A DNA stretch of 64,000 nt from Octopus vulgaris. Its lineage: Eukaryota. The stretch spans positions 13,020,001-13,084,000 of the forward strand of contig OX597817.1 in the NCBI GenBank assembly GCA_951406725.2, in the 5' to 3' direction. The translations under genes were made by a program, and so were the position numbers. Under the pieces are notes generated by a model that had not been told where the DNA came from, made no database searches, and saw only the letters and a list, made by a program, of their open reading frames with translations. Below are positions 34,810-48,577 of the stretch, in pieces. How positions within the stretch are numbered: the stretch's first letter is position 1; each line of letters starts with the position of its first letter.

Positions 34810-37800
34810 AGCGCCGCCTTACTAGCACTTGTGCCCCGTGCTAGTAGGGTGCTAAGAACACCATCCAAGCGTGATCGTTGCCAGAGCGACTAACTGGCTT
34901 CTGTGCCAGTGGCACATAAAAGGTACCATTCGAGCGTGATCGCTACCAGCATCACTTTACTGGCACCTGTGCCACATTTAAAAAACATTCGAGCAAGGTC
35001 GTTGCCAGTACCGCCAAACTGGCCCCCATGCCAGTGGCACGTAAAAAACACCCACTACACTCTCGGAGTGGTTGGCGTTAGGAAGGGCATCCAGCTGTAG
35101 AAACTCTGCCAGATCAAGACTGGAGCCTGGTGCAGCCATCTGGTTCGCCAGCCCTCAGTCAAATCGTCCAACCCATGCTAGCATGGAAAGCGGACGTTAA
35201 ACGATGATGATGATGATTAATTTCAGTGTGTTTGATATTTTGGAACCAGTTTTAGTGGCTGTACAGAAAAGTTGACATTTATCAGAATACAGGTATTATT
35301 TTCATTATTCTGTGAATGGTGGAAATGAGAGTCATAACCCTGTGTTGACAGTATCCAAGAAAATGCTATCCTTTGCAAGGAAACATAAATGCAAGTTTCC
35401 AAAATCATGAAGTAAGTGATCTAAACCAGAAATGACATAGTATTTACTGAGGATGGAGTTTTGATTGCCCCATATTACACTATCCAATGTGGCATCCTTT
35501 TCTTTATTATTTATAATCTAAATCAGGTGTTATTTGGAGATTTCGCTGCTATTTTTAGCAGGACAAGTGAACATACAGAGGTTCCATCCATTGTTTTGTT
35601 GTTTCAGATGGGTTTGAAGTAATAAATATAGTACACTTTTACAGACTACTTTTATGTCATGGGATATGGTACTTAACACGAACATATTTTAGCATTCAAA
35701 ATACCAAGCTAAAGTTAAGATCAATGCATACATCATCAATATTTGGGTATATTATTTACTCTTCACAAGAAGTTAGTCCTGATACAAATCTAGAAGAGTG
35801 GAGTACAATTTGAAAGTCTATCTGAAAAATGTGTATTGAAAAGTATCAAGAAAATACTTGCAACATATTCTTATTTCTCCTAACGATGCTCGATTATAGA
35901 CATTTTGCTAGAAATATCTGTAGGAAGGTTATTTCTTTTTAAAACCAACTTTAAATGCTGTCCCGTGAAAAGAGTGTACGAAGTGGCGTTAGTCACCATA
36001 CTACCGGAGCCAGAATCCAAAGGAAGTAAATCTTGCTTTGCAGGTGAAATAAACAACTGATATCAACAACCAAAGGTAGGTAGTCTCGAATCCTAGGACT
36101 TATAGGACAAGTTACTCGGTTTCCATAGTGTATAAATGACCAAGATCACAATATGTCCACTAAAAGGAACGCCAGTCCGCCGTAGGCTTACTCATCCACA
36201 GCTGGGTGGACTGGAGCAACGTGAAATGCAGTGCTTTTCTCAAGAACACAATTCACCACCCGTTTCGGGAATCGAAACCATGATTGCAAAATAGTAAGTG
36301 CAACACTTTAACTACTAGGCCCCAACAGGCAAAAGCTAATTACAATTTTTTAAATTTTTTTATATAAAACAAATTTCACATAACATTAAATTCTGAATGT
36401 TTTAAAATTATCTGCAAACTAATCATCATCATCGCTTAACGTCCGTTTTCCATTCTAGCATGGGTTGGACGGTTCGACCGGGGTCTGGAAAGCCAGAAGG
36501 CTGCACCAGGCTCCAGTCTGATCTGGCAGTGTTTCTACAGCTGGATGCTCTTCCTAACGCCAACCACTCCAAGGGTGTAGTGGGTGCCACCAACACAGGT
36601 GCCAGGCGAGACTGGCAACGGTCACGATCGCTTGGTGCTTTATACGTGCCACCGGCACGGAAGCCAGTCAAGGCGGCACTGGCATCGGCCACGTTCGGAT
36701 GGTGCCTTTTACGTGCCACCGGCACAGGGATCACAACTACAATTTCCATTGATTTTTGATGTTGATGTATTTGACTCAATAGGTCTCCTCAAGTACAGGG
36801 TCGAAACGGTGTTTCTTTACTTACCATCTGCACAGGTGCCAGTCATAGGATTTGGTTCAATTTCGATTTCGTTAAAAAATGTTAAGTTTTGTAATGTTTG
36901 GTGTATATTTTACATACTAAGACGAATTATATACATACCTTTTCATTCATTTAGCCTCGGATGAAAAAATTATTCAATACGTAACCATCCCATGTTTTTT
37001 AAAAGGCATATCAAAGTAAATTATACACTGTGTCCTTTCCTTATTCAGATTTGGCTGCAAGAAATAGCCAAATAGGCTTGCTGTGATGACGACTGAATCG
37101 AGCGCAGTTCATTTGTGCATGGTTGTGATTTAATGACATTTCTGACAGGCAATTAGCAACGCAATAAAGTGTTAGGTAATAGCTGGGTGACGAAGTTCTT
37201 TTTAATTTCGTACGCCAAGACTGTGTTAATACTGAGTTACCTCCCTTGGAATGAGAACTATATGTTTAATAGATAAAACACTTGATCGCTATAAACTTTT
37301 GACAAGAGCCATTAACACTTTCCTATAATGAGAAATATTTCGGGGATTCGGCTGTTATTGGTAAATAGTAAATAACAAAAATAAATAAATAAAAATAAAG
37401 TAATTTAACAAGACAACATCCGTGTATATGTATTTCTTTACTGCCCACAAGGGGCTAAACACAGGAGACAAACAGGGACAGACATAGGTATTAAGTCAAT
37501 TACATCGACCCCAGTGCGTAACTGGTACTTAATTTATCGACCCCAAAAGGATGAAAGGCAAAGTCGACCTCGGCGGAATTTGAACTCAGAACGTAACGAC
37601 ACACGAAATACCGCTAAGCATTTCGCCCGGCGCGCTAACGTTTCTGCCAGCTCATGTGAAAGATGAGAATCAACCATGGTGTCAAGATTTAAAGTCTGGT
37701 CTCAGTAAAGAGACTTGCAGTAAAACAAACGGGCCTACAGTCTTCATCTCCCTAAAATGTTTGTGAATGTCTCATAAATTTTAAAACTCACCAAGTCATC

Positions 37801-39650
37801 AAGAAAATTGGGAGAAGCTAATTACTAAAAAGTTCAATAATATTTACCAGTGAGATGAAAATATAAATGCAAGGGCATATATGACATTTAAAGAGTTTAA
37901 TTCATACCGACGTCCTTCTGGTACAAATTTGAATGATTTTCTAGTAAGGTATGAATTTAAGGTCTCCACAAATGAGTTGTCGGTTTTGCAGACCATTACT
38001 GGCAATCTGAGCAGTTGAAAAAAATCTCATGTATTATATAGTAGCTTCTAAAACAGCACCAACCGAGTGTAAGAGTCTCTGGAGCTAATAGACTTTACAT
38101 TACACAATTCAGTTTATTTGGATGACCAATGACATGGTCCACATAAGAATTTGCTACACAGTGGGCAGATATAACCAGTCCAGCATCACATCAATACATT
38201 TGATTACATTCATCCAATGTGTTTTTTCCAATTATAGTTTAGAATGTTGTTTGAAAGAGTTTGGGCTAAACAGGTCGAGTGCCTACATATTCAAGTGATG
38301 GATTTACAAAATAGCTAGAACAAAGGACAAAATACCTCACGCTATTTTTTTTCACATTCTGAGTTCAAATCCCATCAACTTTGCCTTTCATCTTTTTGAG
38401 GATGATAAAATACCAATCAAATACTGGGGGTCAATGTAATCGACTTGCCACCTCCCCTCAAATTTTTAGGCCATAAATCAAAATTTGAAAGTATTATTAT
38501 TATAATACAGAGCTGACAGAATCATTAGAGTGTGAGAAAAATGCCCTGCTCTATACATTTTGAGTACAAATGTTATCGAAGTCAATCGTATTGACTAACT
38601 CCTACTTTTCAAACCTGCTAGTATCGTGCCTCAATCAGAAACAATTACAATGTGTTCAGCTAAAATGTAAAAAAGTTTGTCAAAGATAGTATGTTAGATC
38701 TAGTAACTAAAAAAGCTAGCTTGGATTGATTTTTATGTAGATGGCACCCTAACAGTATATCAAATAATAAACCTAGAACTATATCAAATTCAGAAATACT
38801 AAATTTCTAAATCTCTCGTATATAAGGACACAGGAAAAATGTGTCAAAGCCATCAGGAGGCGTCGATGCTTCCTAGGGCTAAACAGCGGTGGTGTAACCC
38901 CCCCCTACTGTCACGTTCGTGTTAGATTGACAGTATACAACCATTCTATCAAATTTTAATTTTAGCTTAGAGTGCTTGTAAATCTGGTAATGTAAATACG
39001 ATTACAAACACTTCCATGGAAATACATTTGAGAAATTATGTGCTCCAGCATGGTCTGTACAGCTGGATGCCCTCTCTAATGCCAATCACTCTATAAAGTG
39101 TACTGGATGCTTTTTATGTGGCACCACACAATGTAGAAAGTGGTGTCAGTGCTAATCGAAATGTCACTGGGGAAAAGTGTGTATAGAATGATAGAGGAGC
39201 CCTTGTCCTTACTGATGTCAAGAAGAAAGAAACATGTTGGTCAATGTGTGGGAGAGAGAAAGAGGGAAGAATTAGTCCAAGCTGACTTAACACAGGGATC
39301 AGGTAAAGTTAATGACAGTCTTCATCATCATCATCATCATCATTTAACGTCCGCGTTCCATGGTAGCATGGGTTGGACGATTTGACTGAGGGCTGGCGAA
39401 CCAGACTCCAATCTGATCTGGCAGAGTTTCTACAGCTGGATGCCCTTCCTAACGCCAACCACTCCGAGAGTGAAGTGGATGCTTTTACGTGCCACCGGTA
39501 CAAGGGCCAGTTTGGTGGTACTGGCAACAGCCACAACCAAATGGTGTTTTTTACGTGCCACCTGCACAGGAGACAGTCCAGCGGCACTGGCGACGACCTC
39601 GCTCGAATGTTTTTTCACAAGCCACCAGCACAAGTGCTAGTAAGGCGACA
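34810..39650. mobile_element. RTE 3'-UTR copies at 34810-35216 (+), 36422-36870 (-), 39322-39650 (-), plus SINE family B at 37430-37632 (-), in CDV3 intron 2
   Basis: Shared cores and tails as described above; the span also includes unique sequence. Confidence 0.8.
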
Positions 39651-40086
39651 TGGTTAATAAAACAATTATGGATATAAAAGCAATGAAAACACCTGACAGG
39701 ATTTTTATCAGTAAGCATATCCATAAAAAACTTTTTGTGCGTGAACAAAGGAGCACACAAATAAACTGAAAGGAAAAGTAGGTGCGAGATGAAGCAGATG
39801 TAGAATGCAAGAGAAAAGACTGCGGAGACAAACAAGTTGCATATGGAAAATGATAGAAGTGTTAAGATGTACAAAAAAAAAATTTAAGTGGAAGGAACCT
39901 GCAGAAAAAGAAATGGGAAGAAGTGGTGAAATAGAGTCACAAAGGGCTGAAACTCACAAAGGTAACAGCAAATAACTCCAACAAGTCAGGAGATGCTTTG
40001 CTGAATATTCATAGAATAAACATGGCAAAATAACATAAAAATTATGATTATAATTAAAAGCACAATAGATAAAAGAGAAAGCATAC

Positions 40087-40166
40087 TTAAGTTGTAGATT
40101 TTGTATCCTCAAGCCAGAATAATCCTTTTCGGTTTCCTGTTCATAGTCATTCCATTCCAAATCCTC
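40087..40166 (-). CDS. CDV3: CDV3 homolog, coding exon 2 (EDLEWNDYEQETEKDYSGLRIQNLQL)
   Basis: Matches the CDV3 core motif EW...DYSGLR.Q. Acceptor ccccaag|GAG, donor AA|GTATGC; 80 nt, phase 0 to 2. Confidence 0.93.
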
Positions 40167-42660
40167 CTTGGGGGAAACAATCTTTTTGTTAAAGGCATTT
40201 TATACAGGTCAAATATTACAAATCATTTTATATAATTGATATCTAAAATTTCAGTTTTCTTTTAGGGATATAAATCAAAATCACAACAAAAAAAAGAAAA
40301 ACCCATTAAGGTTTAGGATTTAACCCTTTTGTTACTAACCCGGCCAAAACCGGCTCTTGCTCTGTGGTAAAATGTCTTGTTTTCATAAGTTTTGAATTAA
40401 AATATTCCACCGATCCTTAGTCAAAATTTACATTCCTAACACTAACTGAATGATAACAAAGTTATTTTAATAAATTCTTTGTTATATTTAAAGTAACTGA
40501 AAGAAACACAGAGCATCTCAAAATAAATATAGTAACGAAAGGGTTAATAAGCTAGGAATATTTTAGGGTTAAAGTTTCTAAATTCTATTTTTTATACATA
40601 ATCTCAATATTGTTTGAAATGGAAATAGTGCTCACATATTACCTATACATGCATATGTACATACATACACTGCACTATACTATACTATACACTCACAAGA
40701 AATTTTTTATACATCTGTTTACACACACAAACTTCTGGTGTAAAATGACTTCGAAATAATATCTTGAATTCAACTGTTTAGTTATGAAGCTTGCTTCCCA
40801 ACCATGTGGCTTTGGGTTCAATCCCACAACACAACATCTTAGTCTTCTAATTTAGCCAGAAACTAAAAGTAGCCCTTCATATATGTATGTGTGTGTGTGT
40901 CAGTGTGTCCATCCTGGTCTTGACATCACACAATGGTTGTAAATTAGCATCAACATCATACAAGTAATGTCGTTCGTTTCCAATCTTCCATGAAGGATGT
41001 ATCAAGGCATGGGAAAATATTACCTTCCTCGGAAACAGCTAAGGATTAGTGACAGAAAGGGAATCAGGCCATAGAAAATCTGCCTCAACAGATTTGTCTG
41101 ACCTGTTGTTAAAAAGAAAGTGATTTTAATTGGGAAAAAATGCAAAAGTAGCATTTCACTAAATGACTATATAATCTATCTTTGAATCACAATCTTAATT
41201 TAAAAGTCAATTAGTTTACTAAATTCATCCAATCTCTTGATTATTTTCAAAATTAACTGAAACATGGGTAGTATATTTTGATACTAAATATATTACCTAG
41301 AAAAATGGTTAAATATCACACAATTCATATTGCTTAACCACCAATATATTTTCCCCATTCACGTGCTATCTTGACAAAAAGGAAAAAATAATTAATCAGG
41401 TATATGACTCAGCCAAAAAAAACAAAAACAAAACAAAGGCCTGTCATGATCAACAGCAGGTAAATGACTTCTTTTCAACAACCTTGTCCATCTCGGCATT
41501 ACTTTAGGTTCTCTTCACATGAGAATAATATTCCTGACTAGCAGTATCGCCCGGCGTTGCTCGGGTTTGTAAGGGAAATAACTATATAAGCATTTTTAGA
41601 GAGTTACTTCCCTTATAGATGCCAATTCGGGGCTTTCTTAGCCATTTCTGTTTTGGTGTCTTCAAGCCATGAAGTCGTTCTAAAAGAACGCTGGTCTCCT
41701 TGACAACGCTTTACGACGTTGATTTCCTTACACTCCCTTCCCCACAGCTTCACTGTGAAGAAGGGGGAGAAGCAAACAGGTGCAGCTGTGAGCGTGGACG
41801 CCAACTCCGCCACCATCGACACACGAAAAATTATGCATTAAAATGGAATAAAAAATAATGTTAAATTATTTTTAAAATCGTAGACTCATCGTAGACGCGC
41901 GCTAATGGCCAGACGGGCTCGATATGAATCACGACTATAAGATACCCGAATTTGGTTAAACTGCACCGCAAAATGTGGGAGTAGTTAAGGAATCTAAATC
42001 GTAGGAGACAGACACTCACACAACTACAGTTTTATATATATAGATTAGTTACATGATAGTTATCGTTAAGTAAGCATTGTTTTCAAGACTCATTTTATTA
42101 TATAAGCAGTCTTTCACTCCATCTGCCCCAGAAAGGTTACTCCATAAAAAAATTTGGTTAACTCCCTGCACTAACACTAGGTATGAAAACTACCCAACCA
42201 GATAAGATTGTTGTAATAAAGAAGTTCAAGATTTTAATCTTTTAATCAATTTAAGATTATATACATGACCGCAGCTGCATGGCTGAAATAGCCCCCCCCC
42301 CCACTTTACACATATATAACGGACATGCTGCCACAAGACACAAGGGGACATAACTTTTTTTATAAACTCCACAAAATTCTAATCCAATTATACCTTTTGT
42401 CAGGGTTAATTCATTAAGATGTTATATCGATTTGTAGAGCGTGTAGAAATCCCATGGCTATTTAGGAATTGTTTCAACTTGGCGGAGTCGAAGGAGACCC
42501 CACTTCTATCTGAACGAATAAACAATATTATTCCAAAATTAAAGAAATACGTATAAAGTTTTCCAGCAGTGGAAGGTACATACGAGTATCTTTCGATTTT
42601 TGTACCAGAAAGATGAATGATATTCTTCATATTGCATTTTGCACCAAGACCCCTTCAGTC

Positions 42661-43053
42661 CAGTGCTCCCCAACCTTTTTTTTTTATTTGCAGTACACAT
42701 ATTCTTTTCAAATTCCGGCGGCACACAACAAAAAACTGTGCCGGTGACACGTAAAAAGCACCCACTACACTCGTGGAGTGGTTGGCATTAGGAAGGGCAT
42801 CCAGCTGTAGAAACACTGCCAGATCAGACTGGAGCCTGGTGCAGCCCCTGGCTTCCCAGATCCCCGGTCGAACCGTCCAACCCATGCTAGCGCGGAAAAC
42901 GGACGTTAAACGACGATGATGATGATGATGATATTCTTTTCAAAATTCGGCGGCACACCTAAACTAAAAATGTAACTCAAAGTATAGGGAAAGCACACGA
43001 CATTTGTCTCGTGGCACACCAGTGTCCTGCAGCATACCGGTTGCGGAGCAGTG
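42661..43053. mobile_element. hAT-type MITE with a nested RTE end (42737-42931) flanked by a ~28-bp duplication
   Basis: CAGTGCTCCCCAACC / GGTTGCGGAGCAGTG termini; ATATTCTTTTCAAA.T.CGGCGGCACAC is repeated. Confidence 0.7.
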
Positions 43054-43330
43054 CCCCCACAGTCTACCTAACCCTGGTATCAGTAATGTAATAGCATAAT
43101 AGAAAATGTCTCTCTCTACACATCCAGTTGTGGAAGAAAATGGAATGAATAAAGGCAATACAAAGAAAGGAGGATCTCTCTACAGTTTACCAGAGATGAG
43201 ATAATCTCAATGGTCCAGTTAACAAATGAATAGAGACAATAGAGTAGGAAGAACAATCTAGTCTTGCCAAGGAAAAGACAACTTCTCTATTGCTGATGTT
43301 ACAATAAAATGCACCAAGTATACTCTACAG

Positions 43331-43549
43331 CAGTGGTTTTCAACCAGGGTTCCGTGGAACCTTAGGGTTCCGCCAGTACAGTCCAGGGGTTCTGCAAGAA
43401 GTTACAAAAATGCTAAAATCGACAGTAATTTTTAATTCTCCTGTGCAGATATGTGTGTATAAGACTATTAAATTATTGCACAGGGGTTCCTTGAGCCAGT
43501 GAAATGTTTTCTTGGGGTTCCGCTCCAGCAAAAAGGTTGAAAAGCACTG
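43331..43549. mobile_element. hAT (Charlie-like) MITE with 8-bp TSD
   Basis: CAGTGGTTTTCAACC / GGTTGAAAAGCACTG termini; TSD CTCTACAG on both sides. Confidence 0.9.
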
Positions 43550-45774
43550 CTCTACAGAATGGTTGGTGATAGCAAAAATATCTGGCTGTACAAACTATGC
43601 CAAAAACTGACAGTACAAATAAGAGAGGTCCCCCAACTGGTTAGGAGGACTGAATAAGAAATCACAACCATGACAAGCTGTCCAACCATGCCAGTATGGA
43701 AAAATGAACGTATGTAAGTGAATGGTTATGAGAACATTTGTTAATTGTACAAAGTATACATTTAAATTATTAGAATGCTGAAGAGGTCCTTTTAAGTTAA
43801 CAAGGGTCCAATAACAGCCTTTGTAAGAAGTACTTTTGGATCATAAGTCAGGCTTAATCTTATTATATACATGGAAATCTGTGCACACTTGCTGTACTTC
43901 AACTTTTACAAAACAAGGTATTATTCTTCTTCTTCATCATCATCATCATCATCATCGTTTAGCGTCCGTTTTCCATGCTAGCATGGGTTGGACGGTTCTA
44001 CTGGGGTCTGTGAAGCCAGAAGGCTTCATCAGGCCCAGTCAAATCTGGCAGTGCTTCTACGGCTGGATGCCCTTCCTAACGCCAACCACTCCGTGAGTGT
44101 AGTGGGTGCTTTTTACGTGCCACCCGCACAGGTGCCAGACAGAGCTGGCAAACGGCCACGAACGGATGGTGCTTTTTATGTGCCACCGGCACGAGGGCCA
44201 GGAGAGGCTGGCATAAAAAAAAAAAATTGAGCAATAATTCTAGATTAATAGTTGTTGAAGTAGTAGCACAAGTACAAGAGAGTTGATTAGCTGACAGATA
44301 CAATAAGCTGGGTTAATTGTTTATAGTGTATGAGCGAGGAGAAAGGTTAAATTCTCTGGTGTAGAATTTTATGTTTTTACAGCTTATATAATTGTACAAG
44401 CTTTTTTTTATAACAATCTAGTTTTTATTATTATCATTTAAAGAATTGCGGACCTTGAGAAAAGTGTCAATAATTTTATCAATATCATCCACCTCAACAT
44501 AAAAAGCATATTAGTGCTGGTCATCAGAGCTGGTTTAATTTCAATAAAATGGACACATTTTGCAGCATCCTCAGATAAAAAGATCTGTTTTGGAATAACA
44601 TGCCAAGTATCAAGCCCCTTTACTATTTTAGGCCATAAATAGCTCAAGGTTAAAGGTGTTCTGCATCAGGATATAATTATCAATGTAAAAATCAAACAAC
44701 CAAAGAAGTTAGATATGTTTATTTTTATCTAAAGCCAAATTATCAGGTTTTATAGTTTTAAAGAAATTTGAAAGATGCTTATATTTATTTCATCACTGAC
44801 TAAAAACATTATTCAAATACGAAAAGGTATTTTAAGATTATTTTGCTAAATGCTTTGTAATATCTTTAGAAACTTCGTTAAATCAATACAAATCACCAGC
44901 TGCATAAAAAGCTGGTCACTCCTTGGACATTATAACAACTTGATAGGCACTACAAAGATCTTATAACATTTTATGCTGCAATACATCACTGACTAGATAA
45001 TCTATACGGGAAATTGGATAAGTGTCAAGATCTATAAAATAGTTGGTTTTCACTGGCAATTTCAGAAATTGCCAGTGACAACCAAAACCTGTACATACCA
45101 TGGAAAATATTTGGTTGTAGGATACTCTAAAAGTTTTGAAATTTATGAATATATAAATTCTTTACATTCTACATTTAATTGGTAAGGTTTGGTTGCAACA
45201 CATTTGAAGTGAGCTTTTGAAAATTTTAGTAGGTTCTTTGGCTCCTTGTTTAATAAGACCACACAGAAAAATGTTTTGATCCGATAATTAATACAAAAAA
45301 TTTCGAAAATGGTATTTATTATCATATGGTGTAAGGGACCAAGTAAGAGAACACATAGCTATCAGAAAAATAGATTCAGATTGGATATCCCAAGTTGTCA
45401 CAGAGATACAATAGCCCAGTGTCATAGCCTTTCTTAATTTCAAAAGCAATTTTGGTAAGATAAAAAGCATGAGGGTGAATCTCAAATTACAGAAAAGTCA
45501 CATTCTCTAAGCTGTAGGGTTTACTGCGACAGGTTGTTCAAAATTCACCGTTTCGATTTTCCTTATTAATATGAGTCCCATAAAAGCAACAGGTATTTGC
45601 TACGATTCTGCATTGAATTAAGCTTGTCCCATGTTTAGCGTTATGGTTTTATTCTCAAGTAATCTGATCCCTACTATATTTGGATGCAGTCCTTGTATAA
45701 AGGACTCTTATAAATGAAGATTTTTGTTCTTCAGCCATTATAGCTTTAAAATTAAAATCACAAGCTAATACAAT

Positions 45775-48303
45775 TCATCATCATCATCATCATCATCATT
45801 TAGCGTCCGTTTTCCATGCTGGCATGGGTTGGACGGTTCAACTGGGGTCTGGAAAGCCAGAAGGCTGCACCAGGCCCAGTCTGATCTGGCAGTGTTTCTA
45901 CAGCTGGATGCCCTTCCTAACGCCAACCACTCCAAGAGTGTAGTGGGTGCTTTTACGTGCCACCGGCACAATTAGCAGATGGCAGAAATGAAGTGATTCA
46001 AGGGGCCATTAAATTAAATTCTGTAAAAATGTATCTATACACTCGCGGAGTGGTTGGCGTTAGGAAGGGCATCCAGCCGTAGAAACACTGCCAGATCTGA
46101 CTGGGCCTGACGAAACCTTCCAGCTTCACAGACCCCAGTTGACCCGTCCAACCCATGCTAGCATGGAAAACGGACGCTAAACGATGATGATGATGATGAT
46201 GATGTCTCATTTAAAAAAAAAAAAAAAAAAATCATGTTGACTGGTGTCTGGCATGAATCTTAATATATTGTATCAGGTGCTTTCACATAAGCTGCTTACA
46301 GCCATTTCAAAGCATAACCAAAAATTACACAAGCTTATATACTGTTTACTATGTTAGGTCCAGTGCGTAGGTACAAAAGCTCTAGTTTGTAAGGAAATAC
46401 TTAAAACCCCTTATCCCCAAATTGAAAATCTTACTACATCAGAGGGGTTTTTGTTGGCATATCAAATTTGTCCATGTCTAGCAATACTCTCCATTTTCAT
46501 TCAATAATTAATAGCTCTTAAATTGATTGCACTGTGATAATAGAAAGTTCTAGATATAATCTTTAAGTCAATTTAAAAGAGATATAAGCAGTTGGTGTGG
46601 AACCATAAATTGTAAGAGACATCATCATAAGTGTTTTTATAGATATAAAATTCTATAACAAAGAGTGATGCTTGTTCACAAATACTTCAATGGTGAATAA
46701 AATTATGACTCACTAGGCATTACATGTGAGTGCGAACATGATCAACTTCAAAACAAATGAAATTCCTCTTCACATAATTGTATTCTATGAGTCAGGACAA
46801 GGGATTGGGAGATGTGGTGGGTGATTTGCTGTACTTGATAAGACATGTCAAGCTAAATAAAATCAGTCTTCCACACATACAGGTTTGTCCTTCCAGGTGC
46901 AGGTGCCATTTAAAAAGCACCCAGCACATTCTGTTAAGGGGTTGGCATTAGGAAGGGATTTTCCACTGTAGAAACCATGTCACAACGGATGGAGTCCGGA
47001 GAGCTCTCTGCTCTATGTCAAACCATCCAACCCATACCAGTACGTAAAGTGAACGTTAAACGATGATGAGGATCTAACATCTGTCTTCCATGCTGGCATG
47101 GGTTGGCCAGTTTGATAGAAGCTGCATCAGGCTCCAGTTGTCTGTTGTGGCATGGTTTCTATGACTGGGTGCCCTTACTAACACCAACAGCTTTACAGAG
47201 CGTAGTGGGTGTACTTTATGTGGCACCAGCATGGAGTACTATAATGCAAAGTTATATTTCATTGCCACCCAACTGACTCCCGTACAGGTGACACGTAAAA
47301 AAACCACCATTTGAGCATGGTCAATGCCAGTGTCCCTAACTGACCCCTGTGCTAGTGGCACATAAAAAGCACCCACTACATTCTTGGAGTGGTTGGCATT
47401 AGGAAGGGCATCCAGCAGTAGAAACCTTGCCAGATCAGACTGGAGCTTGGTGCAGCCTCCTGGCTTGCCAGTCCTTAGTCAAACCGTCCAACTCATGCCA
47501 GCATGGAAAGCAAACGTTAAACGATGATGATGATGATGAACAAAGTTAAATTCATGTTATAAACAGTAGATTTATAATTAAGTCTAACCTTGTTAATGAA
47601 ACTCATGACAACTATATCAATTGTTTTATTTGGTTGTCATCATTATCACGGTTTAAAATTTTTTTTCTCTATGCAGCATGAATTGGACTAGAATTGTTGA
47701 GGCTGTATTCAATTGCTGAAAGTCTTCCCTCATACCAAATCTTAACGTATTTTCAAGGAAGGTGTTTTACTCCAATGGTTTGTGCACATTAATCTGCTGG
47801 AGGAGACAGTTTGTTTATAGGAGACATTAATAAAGTGTTTATAGAAGACATTAACATAAAGTGATAGAGTAGTAAACTATTGTTCATCGTTTAACGTCCG
47901 CTTTCCATGCTAGTATGGGTTGGACGATTTGACTAAGTGCTGGCAAACCAGATGGCTGCACCAGGCTCCAATCTTGATCTGGCAGTTTCTACAGCTGGAT
48001 GCCCTTCCTAACGCCAACCACTCCGAGAGTGTAGTGGGTGCTTTTACGTGCCACCGGCACGGGCGCCAGTCAGGCGGCACAGGCAACGACCTCGCTCGAA
48101 TCTTTTTACACATGCCACCGGCACAGGTGCCGGTAAGGCGATGCTGGTAACGATCACGCTCGAATGGTGCCTTTTACGTGCCACTGGCTTGGAGGCCAGT
48201 TAGCCACTCTGGCAACGATCAAGCTCAGGTGATGCTCTTAGCACCCTACTAGCACGGGTCTCAAGTGCCAGTAAGTTGACACTGGTAACGATCACACTCG
48301 AAT
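45775..48303. mobile_element. Cluster of RTE 3'-UTR copies in alternating orientation (45775-45970 -, 46037-46204 +, 47260-47538 +, 47884-48303 -, plus older copies)
   Basis: Shared core and (CAT)n/(ATG)n tails. Confidence 0.85.
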
Positions 48304-48304
48304 G

Positions 48305-48577
48305 TAAGGGTAAAGACCCCCTTTCGGTCATGAATGACCATGGGATTGCACCTAGAAAGTTACCCTCCTAGACACAAGTCCGGGCAAGGTTGTTTATGGA
48401 AGACCAGCAGTCGCCCATGCATACCAGCCTCCCCTCTCCACGCCACCAGTGTTATCCAAGGGAAAGACAAAGGTCGATACAGCTTGGCACCAGTGACGTC
48501 GCAACTCATTTCTACAGCTGAGTGAACTGGAGCAACGTGAAATAAAGTGCCTCGCTCAAGAACACAACATGCAGCCC
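48305..48577 (-). mobile_element. SINE (family D), head truncated; older relative at ~36100-36320
   Basis: TTGTGTTCTTGAGC.AGGCACTTT...CTCCAGTTCACTCAGCTG domain and (TTTACC)-like tail. Confidence 0.65.

Larger units (their letters stand above)
42400..45760 (-). mobile_element. Fragmented Ty3/Gypsy pol relic in CDV3 intron 1
   Basis: In minus-strand order: PWYVQVLVV, DLDTYPISRIDYLV, DLCSAY (RT); KPD...KA...LKGPL; FG....IRSDR...F.S.KLKQFL..HGI......YN (integrase). Interrupted by MITEs and RTE ends. Confidence 0.75.

Noticed and set aside
44438-44647. FLSEDAAK as a negative-strand RNA virus RdRp motif A
   Set aside because: It lies between recognisable Gypsy RT and integrase fragments, and no other RdRp motifs were seen.
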